64,000 nucleotides of DNA from Lytechinus pictus (Eukaryota): contig NC_087246.1 in the NCBI RefSeq assembly GCF_037042905.1, forward strand, positions 59,396,001 through 59,460,000, given 5' to 3'. Under the pieces are notes generated by a model. That model saw only the letters and a list, made by a program, of their open reading frames with translations. It was not told the DNA's origin and made no database searches. The stretch's first letter is position 1, and the number at the start of each line of letters is the position of its first letter. A program made the position numbers and the translations under genes. Positions 1-12,600 of this stretch are shown one piece after another.

Positions 1-2725
1 ATAAGGTCAAAGGTCAATTAACTTTCCATGACTGGCACTGTGCTGTGTTGTACACATAATAACTTTCTATATCTTCGAGGTGGGATCACCAAATTCATAC
101 TAGAGGTCCATCTCCTGAAGGCACAGGTCAAGTTCGAATATGAGTCAAATTGGAATAAGGTCAAAGGTCAATGAACTTTCCATGACTGGCACTGTGCTGT
201 GTTGTACACATAATAACTTTCTATATCTTCGAGGTGGGATCACCAAATTCATAACAGAGGTCCATCTCCTGAAGGCACAGGTCAAGTTCGAATATGAGTC
301 GAATTGGAATAAGGTCAAAGGTCAATTAACTTTCCATGACTGGCACTGTGCTGTGTTGTACACATAATAACTTTCTATATCTTCGAGGTGGGATCACCAA
401 ATTCATACTAGAGGTCCATCTCCTGAAGGCACAGGTCAAGTTCGAATATGAGTCGAATTTGAATAAGGTCAAAGGTCAATGAACTTTCCATGACTGGCAC
501 TGTGTTGTGCCAGTCTTTTATTCTATTCGCTGACGACTCCAACATATTTTTCTCCCATCGTGACCCAACAACTTTGATTAATGTTATGAATACCGAATTG
601 AAATCGGTCCATGCTTGGATATGGGCGAACAAACTATCATTAAACATAAAAAAGACAAATTTCATATTATTTAGTAACACAATACAAACGCTCCATGGTA
701 ACATTAACATTAATGGCATTAATATTGACTCTACCCAATCAACAAAATTTCTTGGCATATTCATCGACAATAAATTATCATGGAAAACACACATTGATAT
801 TCTTTGTAGAGTGATCGCAAGAAACATTGGTGTCATCAACAAACTTAAAACATTTTTACCTCACAAAATACTTTTGACCCTCTACTCAACCCTCATCCTC
901 CCTTATCTAAACTACGGAATTTTATCCTGGGGTAATTCACAAATAACACAAACTAATAGAATATTTTTGCTCCAAAAACGAATTGTTAGAATAATTGAAA
1001 ATGCCCATTACCGTGCTCATACAAGCCCGTTATTTAAAAAAATAGAATACTAAAAATCCACGATCTCTATCTCCTGAACCTTGGAACTTTTATGTTCCAG
1101 CTATCAAAAAACGAATTACCCACCGCAATTACTTCACTCTTTACCAAAAACACTAACATCCATACATACCCCACAAGACAAGCTATACAACATCAATATC
1201 ACCCCCCTCTGACTAGAACCACACTCGCACAAAAAACCATCATTTACACAGGTCCCAAATACTGGAATGGTATTCACCAAAGCCTTAAACAATATAGAAA
1301 TATAAACACCTAAAACTCTCATTCCTTAATGAGTACAATGTATGAAACACATGAACTGCTTTATCTGTTCCACGATACTTGCCTCTCGACCCTATTTCTC
1401 TTTCTCCTCCCCTTTCCTTTTCTGCTGGGCACATAATCGTTTCTTTTTGTTTTGTTTTTTTCCCCAGTTATTTAATATTCCCTTATCCCTCTAACCTATG
1501 TAGTTACTGCCCCCCCCCCTTTCTTTCCTTGTTATTCAAACCTATTTTGCCGTTCTTCATATATGGTCTAGATTGTCTTACTTTACTTTTAATTCGATTA
1601 AGATTACTACAAATTTATCCTAAGGGACTTACAATTACAAGCTTCGCTTTTTAATAAGTCCCTCATTTTCATTTTCACATGCTAACTGTATTCTATAATT
1701 TGTCTAATCATCAAAATGTATCTTGAACAAAAATTGTATACATTTCATCTATTTCCTACGAATTTGTTAATTGATTATTGAAGTATTCTTATGACACTTA
1801 TTCTGTTTTGTACATTTATACATATGTATATCTATGTTTGTTATGTTTATTATCAGAAAATGGAAGTGAAATAAACTAAACTGAAACTGAAACTGTGTTG
1901 TACACATAATAACTTTCTATATCTTCGAGGTGGGATCACCAAATTCAAACCAGAGGTCCATCTCCTGAAGGCACAGGTCAAGTTCGAATATGAGTCGAAT
2001 TTGAATAAGGTCAAAGGTCAATGAACTTTCCATGACTGGCACTGTGCTGTGTTGTACACATAACTTTCTATATCTTCGAGGTGGGATCACCAAATTCATA
2101 CCAGAGATCCATCTCCTGAAGGCACAGGTCAAGTTTGAATATGAGTCGAATTTGAATAAGGTCAAAGGTCAATGAACTTTCCATGACTGGCACTGTGCTG
2201 TGTTGTACACACAATAACTTTCTATAGCTTCGAGGTGAGATCGCCAAATTCATAACAGAGGTCCATCTCTTGAAGGTGCAGGCCAAGTTCAAATGTGAGC
2301 CGAATTTGAATAAGGTCAAAGGTCAATGAACTTTCCATGACTGGCACTGTGCTGTGCTGTACACACAATAACTTTCTATATCTTCGAGTTAGGATTGCCA
2401 AATTCATACAAGAGGTCCATATTTTGAAGGTGCAGGTCAAGTTCAAATGTGAGTTGAATTTGATTAAGGTCAAAGGTCAATGAACTTTCCATGACTGGCA
2501 CTGTGCTTTGTTGTACACATAATAACTTTTTATATCTTCGAGGTAGGATTGCCAAATTCAAACGAGGTCCATCTCTTGAAGGTGCAGGTCAAGTTCGAAT
2601 GTGAGTTGAATTTGATTAAGGTCAAAGGTCAATGAACTTTCCATGACTGGCACTGCTGTGTTGTACACACAATAACTTTCTATAGCTTCGAGGTGGGATC
2701 GCCAAACTCGTAACAGAGGTCCATC
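1..2725. repeat. 154-bp tandem repeat array (about 9 units visible, runs off the window start), split by a LINE insertion at ~510-1894
   Basis: ATAAGGTCAAAGGTCAA recurs at 1, 155, 309 and 463, then ~2005, 2156, 2310, 2464 and 2616. Units are near-identical on the left and diverge toward 2725. Confidence 0.95.
510..1894 (+). mobile_element. 5'-truncated non-LTR retrotransposon (CR1/L2/Crack group): RT C-terminal half, 3' UTR and tail
   Basis: ORF carries FILFADDSNIF, WIWANKLSLNIKKT, KFLGIFIDNKLSW and PYLNYGILSWG. A frameshift in the A-run at ~1036-1042 joins it to the 1092-1313 frame (IIYTGPKYWN). It ends with AATAAA and an (ACTGAA)n tail abutting the resumed satellite. Confidence 0.9.
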
Positions 2726-2813
2726 TAAGTCATATAGCATACATGTAGTTTTGACATGCAGTATCTTCATGACTGCAATATGCAGGCGAGACAACGCTTG
2801 GCGTTTGCCTTGT
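2726..2813 (+). mobile_element. 3' terminus of a Helentron/HINE-like non-autonomous element that hosts the 154-bp array
   Basis: GCAGGCGAGACAA followed by a short hairpin (AACGC-TTG-GCGTT) and TTGTT. A related 3' end lies at ~38040-38205 and a complementary 5'-type end (TTTTGTCTCGCCTG) at ~41309. The class assignment is inference. Confidence 0.5.
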
Positions 2814-3565
2814 TACATACTGCATGACTGCTCCTTGCGTATTTGGTCTCAAATGATTTAAAGAAAATGGTTATGAAAAACTCTTGCATCATGAACTATT
2901 TCTTGTGCGAAAGGTTGGGTGACAAGGCAAGGTTTTACATTTATTAGTTGTACTGTATAAGTAATTAATTTCTGACGGCTTTCTTGATCTATAGAACATG
3001 ATTATACACTGTACTACTCAGACAAGATAAAGGAAAATGAAAGGTGAAGTGTTTTTTATTCATTCATTTAATGACATTGTTGTATTTTCGCTTTGAGCTA
3101 TAAAAAAACAATCTCATATTTAAATTTACAGTAACATTTCATGTTTCTTAAATAAACAGTATTATATGTTACCATACATTCATCCAATTCCAATAAATGT
3201 CAACAACAAAACATTTTCTTCTAATACTGAAATTAAACCTGAAATGACATTGATAATGATGAAGAGATAGGCAGTATCTATAAGAATAGAAGGGTACAAT
3301 TATTTTTGGACGAAATGGTTTCATTATTGCTTGACAAAAACCTTTTCTCTTACTTTTGAGCTGCACCTTAACAGTGAATGTCTCTTTCCCATTTTGGTAG
3401 ATTGTATCACGTATTTGTTTGGCATCACCCGTGCTTGGGAGGTGAAAAGTGAACTGAATCATTGTGACCCACAGGTCTCCCGATATAGCTGATTGGTGGT
3501 ATACAGGTAAACCACTACACCTGGGTTAACCCCTATCCTTACACGAATAGTGCTGTAGGATCTTA

Positions 3566-3743
3566 GGTTCCATGAAATTTGCTCCGGCAACAATTGCTCC
3601 GCTCTAAATTCCACACACTAATCGAATGACCAACTTAAAACACTATACCCTACCCTAAACCTAACAAAACCCTATTGAAACCCTAAATCTTTAGACGATA
3701 TTAAGCCTGGAGTAATGGTAGCAGGAGCAAATGTCGTGTCACC
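3566..3743. mobile_element. 178-bp MITE with GG..CC termini and 8-bp TSD, inserted in a SINE-like remnant
   Basis: TIR GGTTCCATGAAATTTGCTCC / GGAGCAAATGTCGTGTCACC; exact TSD GGATCTTA at 3558-3565 and 3744-3751; internal TACCCT/AACCT-like repeats. Confidence 0.8.
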
Positions 3744-4933
3744 GGATCTTAAGATGCAAAGGTGAGGACCCCTTATATATGGCAACCTTTTCAAGGGAAG
3801 AGTGGTTCCACTGTAACGTGTGTCTATGGAAATGGGAGGGACACATAAGCACACAATGTAGCCTTTGGACAAGGCCTCATCACTTGGCCATATTCCTCAT
3901 CAAAAAGTGGCTGAGATGAGTTTCGCGGTCGATGATGAGTTGGCAAAACCTGGGTGAACATGCTATCGAGCAACTTCAGTCACTAGGCCTTTTTGATTCT
4001 GGCGGAAATGTTAATGAATGAATCATTCATGAGCATGCCGATGTGCCAATCTGCACCGTTGATGCTCATGATATCGGGGCCCCCGAATGTTCACTTCTGT
4101 GGTATGGGGGTTCATTAATGCGAACAATACGCTCAATGATTGGCTGTTACCTCCAGGTACTAATTGCGCGTCAGAAACAATGATTAAAATGGGAAATCCA
4201 AGTCAGGTTCTTAAAGGCCCTGTGGCTGAGCTCGCATTGCTCATATTCACCCTGCCTTTTATCGGATAGTTTTTTTTCATTTGGTATATTTGATATAAAT
4301 ATCAATACCGACACAGGGCCTTGTGTAAAAGCTACACACAACATACTCTTGAGTCATGTCTGGAGAAGCCTTGAACTAACAATCTTTCATTCCAAAGGCA
4401 GATGCTTAACCAACTGAGCCAACTCAGTACCTTATATGTCACACACTGCCTTAATGTGCGCAGTATCATTAATTGCAACTTTGAGAAAATGATACATTTG
4501 GTGTTACAAAAGCACCACATAATACATGTACAAAAAACCTCTTTATGTTTTGACACAAACAATATGCCCATCAACTGTCCAGCAAATTTCATTACCTGAT
4601 TTCTGTGGGGTTTTTTCTAAAAAAAAATTAAGATTATTCCTAGACATACCCATAGAACATACATATAAAATTATGTCTCAATACAAAAAAGACAATGAAA
4701 ATATAAGTCACCTATTCTCTGAAATTCTATAAATACCTTGAATTTCATTCAGATCATTCGCATCATGGATACTATTACTAAAACTGTTATATATTCTTAC
4801 TTACTAGTGACATCTCGAATTATTAATGTGAAGCCTGATTTCAAGGACCGCACAAACATGATTTTATACCAATGTATAGACCTTAAAGGCCCTGAGAGAT
4901 TGAATTTCATTTTTTAACAAAACAAAGTTTTAA

Positions 4934-5545
4934 AGATTACTGAATGCAGTTGCAGTAAACAATGATTTCATGAGAAAACCTGTAAATTGTAAAAACAATG
5001 TTAATTCTTAATATGTCATCACAGATCTCGATCTGGTACAATTACAATTTTCGGAGATTGCATAAACAGATAAGCACGTATGGGACAGTGCAGGGTTCAA
5101 GTATGCCGGGTAGAGCCACCAGTCAAGGCAAATTACCGACTGGCTATTGGGTTAAAATTTGATGTGCCACCAGGCACAAATTTTCTGAAAAAGTGAACTA
5201 AAATTTTCTGAATATGTATTTCAAGTTGGTAAAGTCTTATGTGTTTGCACAATTAAAATTATGCATGCATTGTTTTGCCAATAGACTCACTTCGAAGCTT
5301 CGCCTCTTCATATTTTACCTGGCACTTAATTGGTCTAGCTAGAACCCTGGGGCAGTGTATTACTATTGCTTGAAAAAAGCCCTGACATTTGGCTGGAATG
5401 CCATGTTTATTTTGCAAATTTCTCAGTAATTACATGATTTCTTCCAGTTCCAGAATCCCTTGGCACATATGCAGACACTTTGTGGTCATTTTATTGGATT
5501 CAGTACGAGCTCACTTTGAATTTGTTACAACTGGCATTTATCTTT
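4934..5545 (-). mobile_element. TTAA-flanked Kolobok/T2-type MITE (family B), interrupted by a hAT MITE
   Basis: Reverse-complement similarity to 46756-47150 and 63145-63531; TTAA-AG termini. Confidence 0.7.
5091..5349. mobile_element. hAT-type MITE nested in the family B element
   Basis: TIR CAGGGTTC/GAACCCTG; 8-bp TSD GGACAGTG / GGGCAGTG. Confidence 0.8.
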
Positions 5546-5574
5546 TTAAAAAAGATATTTTTACTTATACCTCA

Positions 5575-6060
5575 TAAGTGATATCTAGAATTATTACCAT
5601 GAAACCTGTTTTTAAAGATCATACACAAAAAAATTCATGTAGACCTTTAAAGTCATTACAAACAAAATTTCTTCTTTTACACAAGTTCTAAGAAGTAATT
5701 ACTATTACCTCGTTACCTTATGACATCTAAGAATAATACTGTGAAACCTGTGTTTTTGAAGACCACACAAATGACCTTTATACAAATATACATGGATATG
5801 TAGACCTTCAAGGTAAATATGGCTTTAATTTCTTGTATACATATGAGGTATTGACAATTAGCACATGGTAATATCTAAAATTAATACTGTGGAACCTGTG
5901 TTTTTGGAGACCACCAAAAATTATCTTTATACAAAAATACATGGACATGGAGAAATTTAAGATCATTATGGATTACATAATCATGTTTTCAGAAGTAATT
6001 ACTACATCATACGTGACATCGAAAATTATTACTGTAATACCTTTCTTAAAAGACCATGCA
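5575..6060. repeat. Degenerate ~145-bp tandem repeat (about 4 units, extra copy near 4805)
   Basis: GACATCT..AATTATTACTGTGAAACCTGT..TTTT.AAGACC recurs at ~5578, 5722, 5868 and 6014. Confidence 0.65.
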
Positions 6061-6618
6061 AGAAATAGTGGTGTTCCAAAATAAGCTCTGAAAGGTAATG
6101 AGAGATATGACTTCTTCTGTACACAATCAGGTAATCCCAGTCAAAACTAAGCCCAGGCATTTCCTGGAGGAGTCTGCAGAATAATGTTATAGCATAACTA
6201 GCCAACAGGTTAGTATATTTGTAAGACTTTGGCCCCTCGAGGCTTGTTCAGACAACTACTGTGGCTGGCCACAGACAAGGTTGAATGGACTCGTTTGGAG
6301 ATACCTCACGGGCAAATTTTCTCAAATGACCTTTCCTTCCTTCTATAGTGTTGGGCAAATTTTAAAGCAAGATATTATGCAAGCATGTCTGACATAGCAG
6401 GATGCATAAATTGCATAGCCCAGGTGACTAGAAGAGCACATCAATGAACACTTTATGAAGGTGATTTATATTTGCATTTTTACATTGAATACAAATCAAC
6501 TGTACAAGCAATTATTAAGATTTGTACTACAGGAACCAGATATGCAGAAGTGAAATATGCCATTTTAGTATTCCAGTTTATTGTCTATCTTTGTGAAGTA
6601 TATCTGTGTGAAGTGATG

Positions 6619-6670
6619 CTATCTGTTGTCTGCTCCGACTGCATCTGATACAGACTTAAATCCATCTTTT
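6619..6670 (-). CDS. DHODH: DHODH exon 9 coding part to stop
   Basis: TTTACAG|[29 protein letters not shown]; AATAAA on the minus strand at 6577-6582. Confidence 0.92.
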
Positions 6671-9600
6671 CTGTAAACAAAAAAAAATAGACAAAAATAA
6701 CTTTCAGAATGAAATTTAATGATAGATTAAGAATTGACACAAAGTTAGCAACTTGCTGTTTTGTAAGTCGTTTTATAGCCGTTTTCTCCCCCTTTCTTTG
6801 TAGCCGTTTTGTATACCTTTGAAAAAATTATTTAAAAAAACCCCAAAACAACAGTACATTAGTGATTACAAAACATATAATCTTGTCCATTTTGCTCACT
6901 CTGGAAATAAGTTAAATTATTACAATGACTGTCTATGTTTCTCAACTGGCCTTTTTTGAAATGTTATTATTACTGTTGAGTGGCCAATGTGCCTGTTTAG
7001 TGGAGCAAATTATGATGCTTTGTAACCATAAGGAAAAGGCTCTATACCAAATACTTTATGGATTGAATCGGGAAATGGATAATATCTCATCTCAATCTAG
7101 ACAAACTAGTAAATATGATACATTCAAATTTTAATTAAGATTAGCCGAGAAGTGACTAAATGACTCAGAATATTTGCACAATAAAACTAAATGGATTCTT
7201 GACTGCACAAGCGATTAGTTCAACATGAATTTAAAGATTTTCTTGATAATCTGTCAGCTTTGCATTTGATAGAAAATATAAAGTATTTAGAATAGGAAAT
7301 AATAAAACTAAAGAATGTGCCTATTTCTTACTTAAAAGACTATGGACTTTGTAATATAACGTATCCTATAGCCCATGTCGTCCTCTCATTCACTTTGTAA
7401 AGAGTAAATTTATAGTCAAACTGTAGGCCTATAAATACAGTGGCAGATCCAGTCAAATTATTTAAGCAAAATGGTGGGCCCGTCCAATGTATCATGTCTA
7501 ATCCGGGTGTTTTATCCCGCTACATATATCTCTATCTCATATGCATTACACACAAATGTCATTGTATTTTACTCAATTCATCACTTTCTTTTTGATAATG
7601 CAATTGTTTAATTACTCTTTTTTTGGTATGTTAGATATCTTTTTTTTTATTTTAATGTAATTACAGACTTGTAGAACGACACACATTGGCTGAAGTTTGC
7701 AGCATTTTAAATGAAAAATAAAAAAGTTCACCCCATCTGGCTTTTAAAAGATGTGGGGAAACTTACCTCAGCAATTCTTCTAATTCCCTGTTAATTTTAG
7801 ACGGAAGAGGTGGTCCTTCATATGCAAATGCAGTGTAGAGTTGAACCAATGAGGCTCCAGCTCTTATTTTCTCATAGGCATCTAGACCTGAGCTGACTCC
7901 ACCCACTCCAACGATAGTCACTTTACCTGAAAAAAATTTATTGAAAGTGAAAGTGCAAGTGTTATGTATTAAAATTATGTCCAGTAAAGGAAAATACATT
8001 AATACTAAAGAAACGATATCATCATCATGCAGAGCTGTTTCTTTGAGGACTTACGATTATGATAACTTTGCTATTATGGTAAACACCATGGTAACAATAA
8101 TCAGCAACTAATAAAAATCAGTGTTTCCATGTGAGTTACCATAATTGCAAATTTACTTTAAAATATTTATTTATTCTTGGGTTTCCCCTATTTCAGAGAT
8201 ACACAGTATTGCCTACAATTTGCAGCAAAGAGTACTTGTATTGGTTTACACTCGCATGTGCATAGGCTGAGAAAATTTACAGATGAAAAAAAAAAATGTG
8301 GACAAATATTATTTTACCTCAAATTAGTTTTCATGTTACTTCTCTTGAAGTCTTCATCGATTTTACCAAATATAAATAAAGATTCTCAAGTTAAATATTT
8401 TTGAGAAACTACAATCCTGAATTTCTATTAGGCAGGCTTGTGCATATTTCTCATCATTTTCTGATAAGTGTAAACATGGACTTACTTGTATATTTCATTG
8501 TGACATTTCAAGTCCTATAAAAAAAACTTCATCAGGCCATATGAACTTTGGCGGCAATTTGGTGCTCACCTGTGACGGGTGGAGAATGAGGCCTACATTA
8601 CAAACTAGCCAGAACTTACAATTCAATGATCCCTTTAAACTTTTAAAATTCTCTGACCCCGTAAATCCAGGTAACAAGTTTGCTTTTACACTTATCCTAA
8701 TGAAATCTAAAACATTCATAGACATTTCTCACCATTTGTTAATCTGTACATATCCCGAACTGCCGCTGTTGACATGTTTTTTAAAGGAGCACCACTCAAA
8801 CCACCAGTCTCTCCTTTATGCTTGCCCACTAGGCTGTCAGGACGAGTTATCGTTGTGTTGGTTACGATGATACCCTCCACAGCACCCTAAAGACAACAAC
8901 AAAAGTAATCACTTTAGACACAATTTTTTATAAATTTCCCACACTTAAATGCACTTATAGTACCATCTTTTTAAAAAAATTGTTTTGGGGCTCAAAATCA
9001 CCCCTATCTGTGTCTCTTTAGAGCCTTTTAAAATCTTACATTTATTTATTTGAATAGAGCAAGGCCACATTTCCAGTTGGTTATACCATGGACCTATAAG
9101 AAATGGACGATTAACGCGAGCATTCTTTTGATGCAATCATAGTCGCCGTCTCCTGATTATGTGCATATTAATGATAACATACAGGTGCTTTGACAATAGC
9201 GACTACCAAGGCGAATCTGATCTTCACAAAGGAATGTTTTGCTCTTTTTGCCGTTTGTTGGCTGATGTCTTGTAGCAGATTATACCTTTCAATTAAGATG
9301 TTTCAGATTTGGAACAGCAAATTGAGAAGCAGACGATTTTTGTGATATCAAATTTATTATTATCGATTTGCACGCTTCTGCACACTCATAGTGACTTTTC
9401 TAACAACGAGAGGGGGACGACCCCTACAAGAAACCCACCATGTTTCTTTGGAATATTGTGAGGAAATCTTTAAAATGTGATTATAAATTACAATCAATCA
9501 ATTTCATTTCAGCCTCTATCTTGAAATATTCATACATTTTTCCAAATAAAAACCATGGAACTAAGATAACCATTTGTAAACCAGAACTGCACATTAATTT

Positions 9601-12600
9601 CCGAGAATTCAGGCAATTTATTACCTTCTGCGCATACAATTTGTCTAATGTTAAATGTCTAATCACCGAAAGCTTCTGTAACTCATGGTTTAGTTGACGG
9701 CGACCATGATGGTATCACAGGAGATAAATATGAAGAGAATGTTATTCACATGACAATGACAGTCAGATGTTAGTGAATTCATTAACTAACCGATGAATGT
9801 CCAGCTTTCATAGGTCCATGGTTATACAGAACAAACAAATCTCTATGGTGTATGAGAGGGGCATTAAGGTCAGTCAGCAAGGTATCCCCAGCCAGGGGCA
9901 GATCCAGGATTTTCCAAAGGGGGGGGGGGCACATTTTCCTTGAAAAAAAAAAGGTCTTCACTTTCAAAAGGGGGGTGGGCACACTCCTGTTTTAATGGCA
10001 TTTTCACATTACAAATTTTTATTTTGCTTCTCAAAAGGGGGGGGGGGTGCAGGCCAGCTGTGCCCCCCCCCCCCCCCCCCCACTCTGGATCCACCAGTGT
10101 ACCCAGCCATGGCCCTGATAGCCTTATATTTAAAGCCCTGATTTTTTTTAATGATAAATATTTTCCTAAGAAAAGATTTTAAGTGAACTTTTGACCTCTT
10201 GCACCAATCCTGAAGAGTCACACACTGTTAATCAATATTAATGGTAAATTACATTCCTCCTTGTTTACAAAATCCAATATTGTAGATTTCATCTGCCTGT
10301 AATTTACATATAAAATTATCACACTAGTCAAGGTGACTTTCATATTTGATCACCCCAGTAGAGGTAAGTTTCTTAACCAATGTGTACATTTCATAGAAAG
10401 CATTTCCTGTGTAATCTACAAGCAATCATCCCCAACAAAGCAATGACCTACATGAGCCAGCTTCAAGGTCATTGACACTGAACTGCTCAAAAGCAAACTT
10501 TGATTTCATTTACACATTCAATATGACAGTTTATATTACAATTAATTGCAAGTCCCAAAGTTAATCACAAACCTTGTAATTAATTGCAAACTTGCAAACG
10601 ATCTCTGGTCTGCTTCTTTCAATGCATATTTAAAAGGCATTTGATATTTTGATAGGAAATGTTTTTTAAAGATAAAATAAGGCACTTTGTTGATTTGAAT
10701 GATCAACATTTTAACCAATAGTAAGCATTCATTTACCAATCCCTTCACATTTCAAAAATCTTTGTGATATTTTATCTGCTGTAATGAAGGTTTTGCCTGT
10801 AGTTTAACAGTAACAATACTCTGAATACTTTGTAAGTTTGAATTCACTGGTCTACAGGCAGATGGTTTAATTTTCACATTGACGAACATCATCATGGCTT
10901 AACCCATGGTATTGGTCTACTATCAATTTTGTCTAACTGCCATTTGATCCAACTGTCTAACACTCACTTAGTTTAAGTGTCATTTAGTCTAATGAAAAGA
11001 CGTGTATTTTCCACATCTTCTATTTATTATTCCCACTTTGTTAAATGAAAATCATTTAGGCTAAATGGTGCTAGACCAAATGGATGTAAGACGAACTAGG
11101 TATAGCTTAACTGGAAATTAGGCAAAGTGGTAAATAGGCTAAATGGCAATTAGATCGAATGGAGGATTAAGTAGTTCTAGACAAACCAAGATAAGTAGGA
11201 CGAGACCAAATGGCAAGTAAACAAAGTGGCAATAAATCACTTTACATTGCAATACTTTTTTTTACCAACGGATGTTAAAATTCATCCATTTGTTTATCTG
11301 TCAATGATATAATCATTTTGTTAAAGCTAATTTTCCTTCTCTCACCTTTTTGGCCATCACTACAGCAGCTATATCCTCCTTATCAGCTTGAGTTAAATCA
11401 GGAGCTATTTTGACAAGAACTGGAGGTTTAGGTGTACAGGGCAAGAGATCTCTCATGGCAACTACCTACAGAACCAAAATCAAAATAATTGAAAAAATGC
11501 TAAAGCCCTTAAATTTGTAATTATTCTACAGCCGTAAAGAACACTAGACTTTGCTTATGAGCATAAAGCTAACAAAAACACCAACCAAGTCCAACCAATT
11601 TCGGAAAAAAAACGTAATATTTGTTTAAGATATATCAATAACACAAGGGAGAAATAGTTGGCTTCAATGAGGAAAACATACTTGGCTACTGCACTTGGGC
11701 TGAAATTAATAAGATTTTTGGTAACTAAGCTAGAACATAACTCAGACTCTTGTCATGTTACAAGGGCTTCATCCGGAGGAAGTCGAAAAGGGGGGGGGGG
11801 AATCCACCCCCACTTTCTTGGTTCATAACTGTTATGCTATCCTGCTCCTGCTCTATGACTCCACTTACCAACTCAAGCCAGCCTTCTCTCATCCACTCAA
11901 GCATTTCTCACCTCTCAAACTCAATCCCACCTTCTACTCAAGCCTCTCATTTTGCCTACTCAAGCTTTTCTACTTTTTTCTGGTATACAGTGCTTTTAGG
12001 ACTACAATTATTTCCGAAAGATACTCTACTTTCCAACTTCCACTTTCTGACTTCTCCATCCATTTCTACCTCTATCCATTTTTCTTAGTCCTTTCAAGAA
12101 CACACGTTTTCTGTCATTTCCGCAATTGTTCATAACACCATGAAAACCTTCAGTCAGACATCATCTTCTTATTATTGTTCATTATGAAGAGAATCAACTG
12201 CATAAGTTTTTAATACACATGGCTTGATTTCTGCTACAAAGCATGAAAAAGCACTTTTCCAAAAGCAAAAAATAAAAAAGTCTCTGCCACAGGAAGGGGC
12301 AGCCTCCTTCCTCATAAAGAAGCAGATGAAGTCTACGTAGTGTATTTTATCAAGTCAATGTGACTAGCTCTCATTGAGGACACCATAGCTGATGGACCCA
12401 GTATTTAAGCATATAGATGTTGCAATTTTCTTTCTTCCCCCTTTTCACCTTTTCTGTATAATAATGTTTTAGGTATTGTTTGCATATAGAGTGACAATAA
12501 TGATTGATATTTCAATGATATTGGACTGGCAAAACTCTTGAAAATAACTTTTACAGTAACCAAGATTCTTTATCTACCTCACTACCTAGATGATTTTAAG

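Noticed and set aside
140-2794. Repeated short ORFs in the 154-bp array
   Set aside because: By-products of tandem repetition with no protein motif.
3640-3690. Interstitial telomere repeat
   Set aside because: Only a few degenerate ACCCT units, internal to a TSD-bounded MITE.
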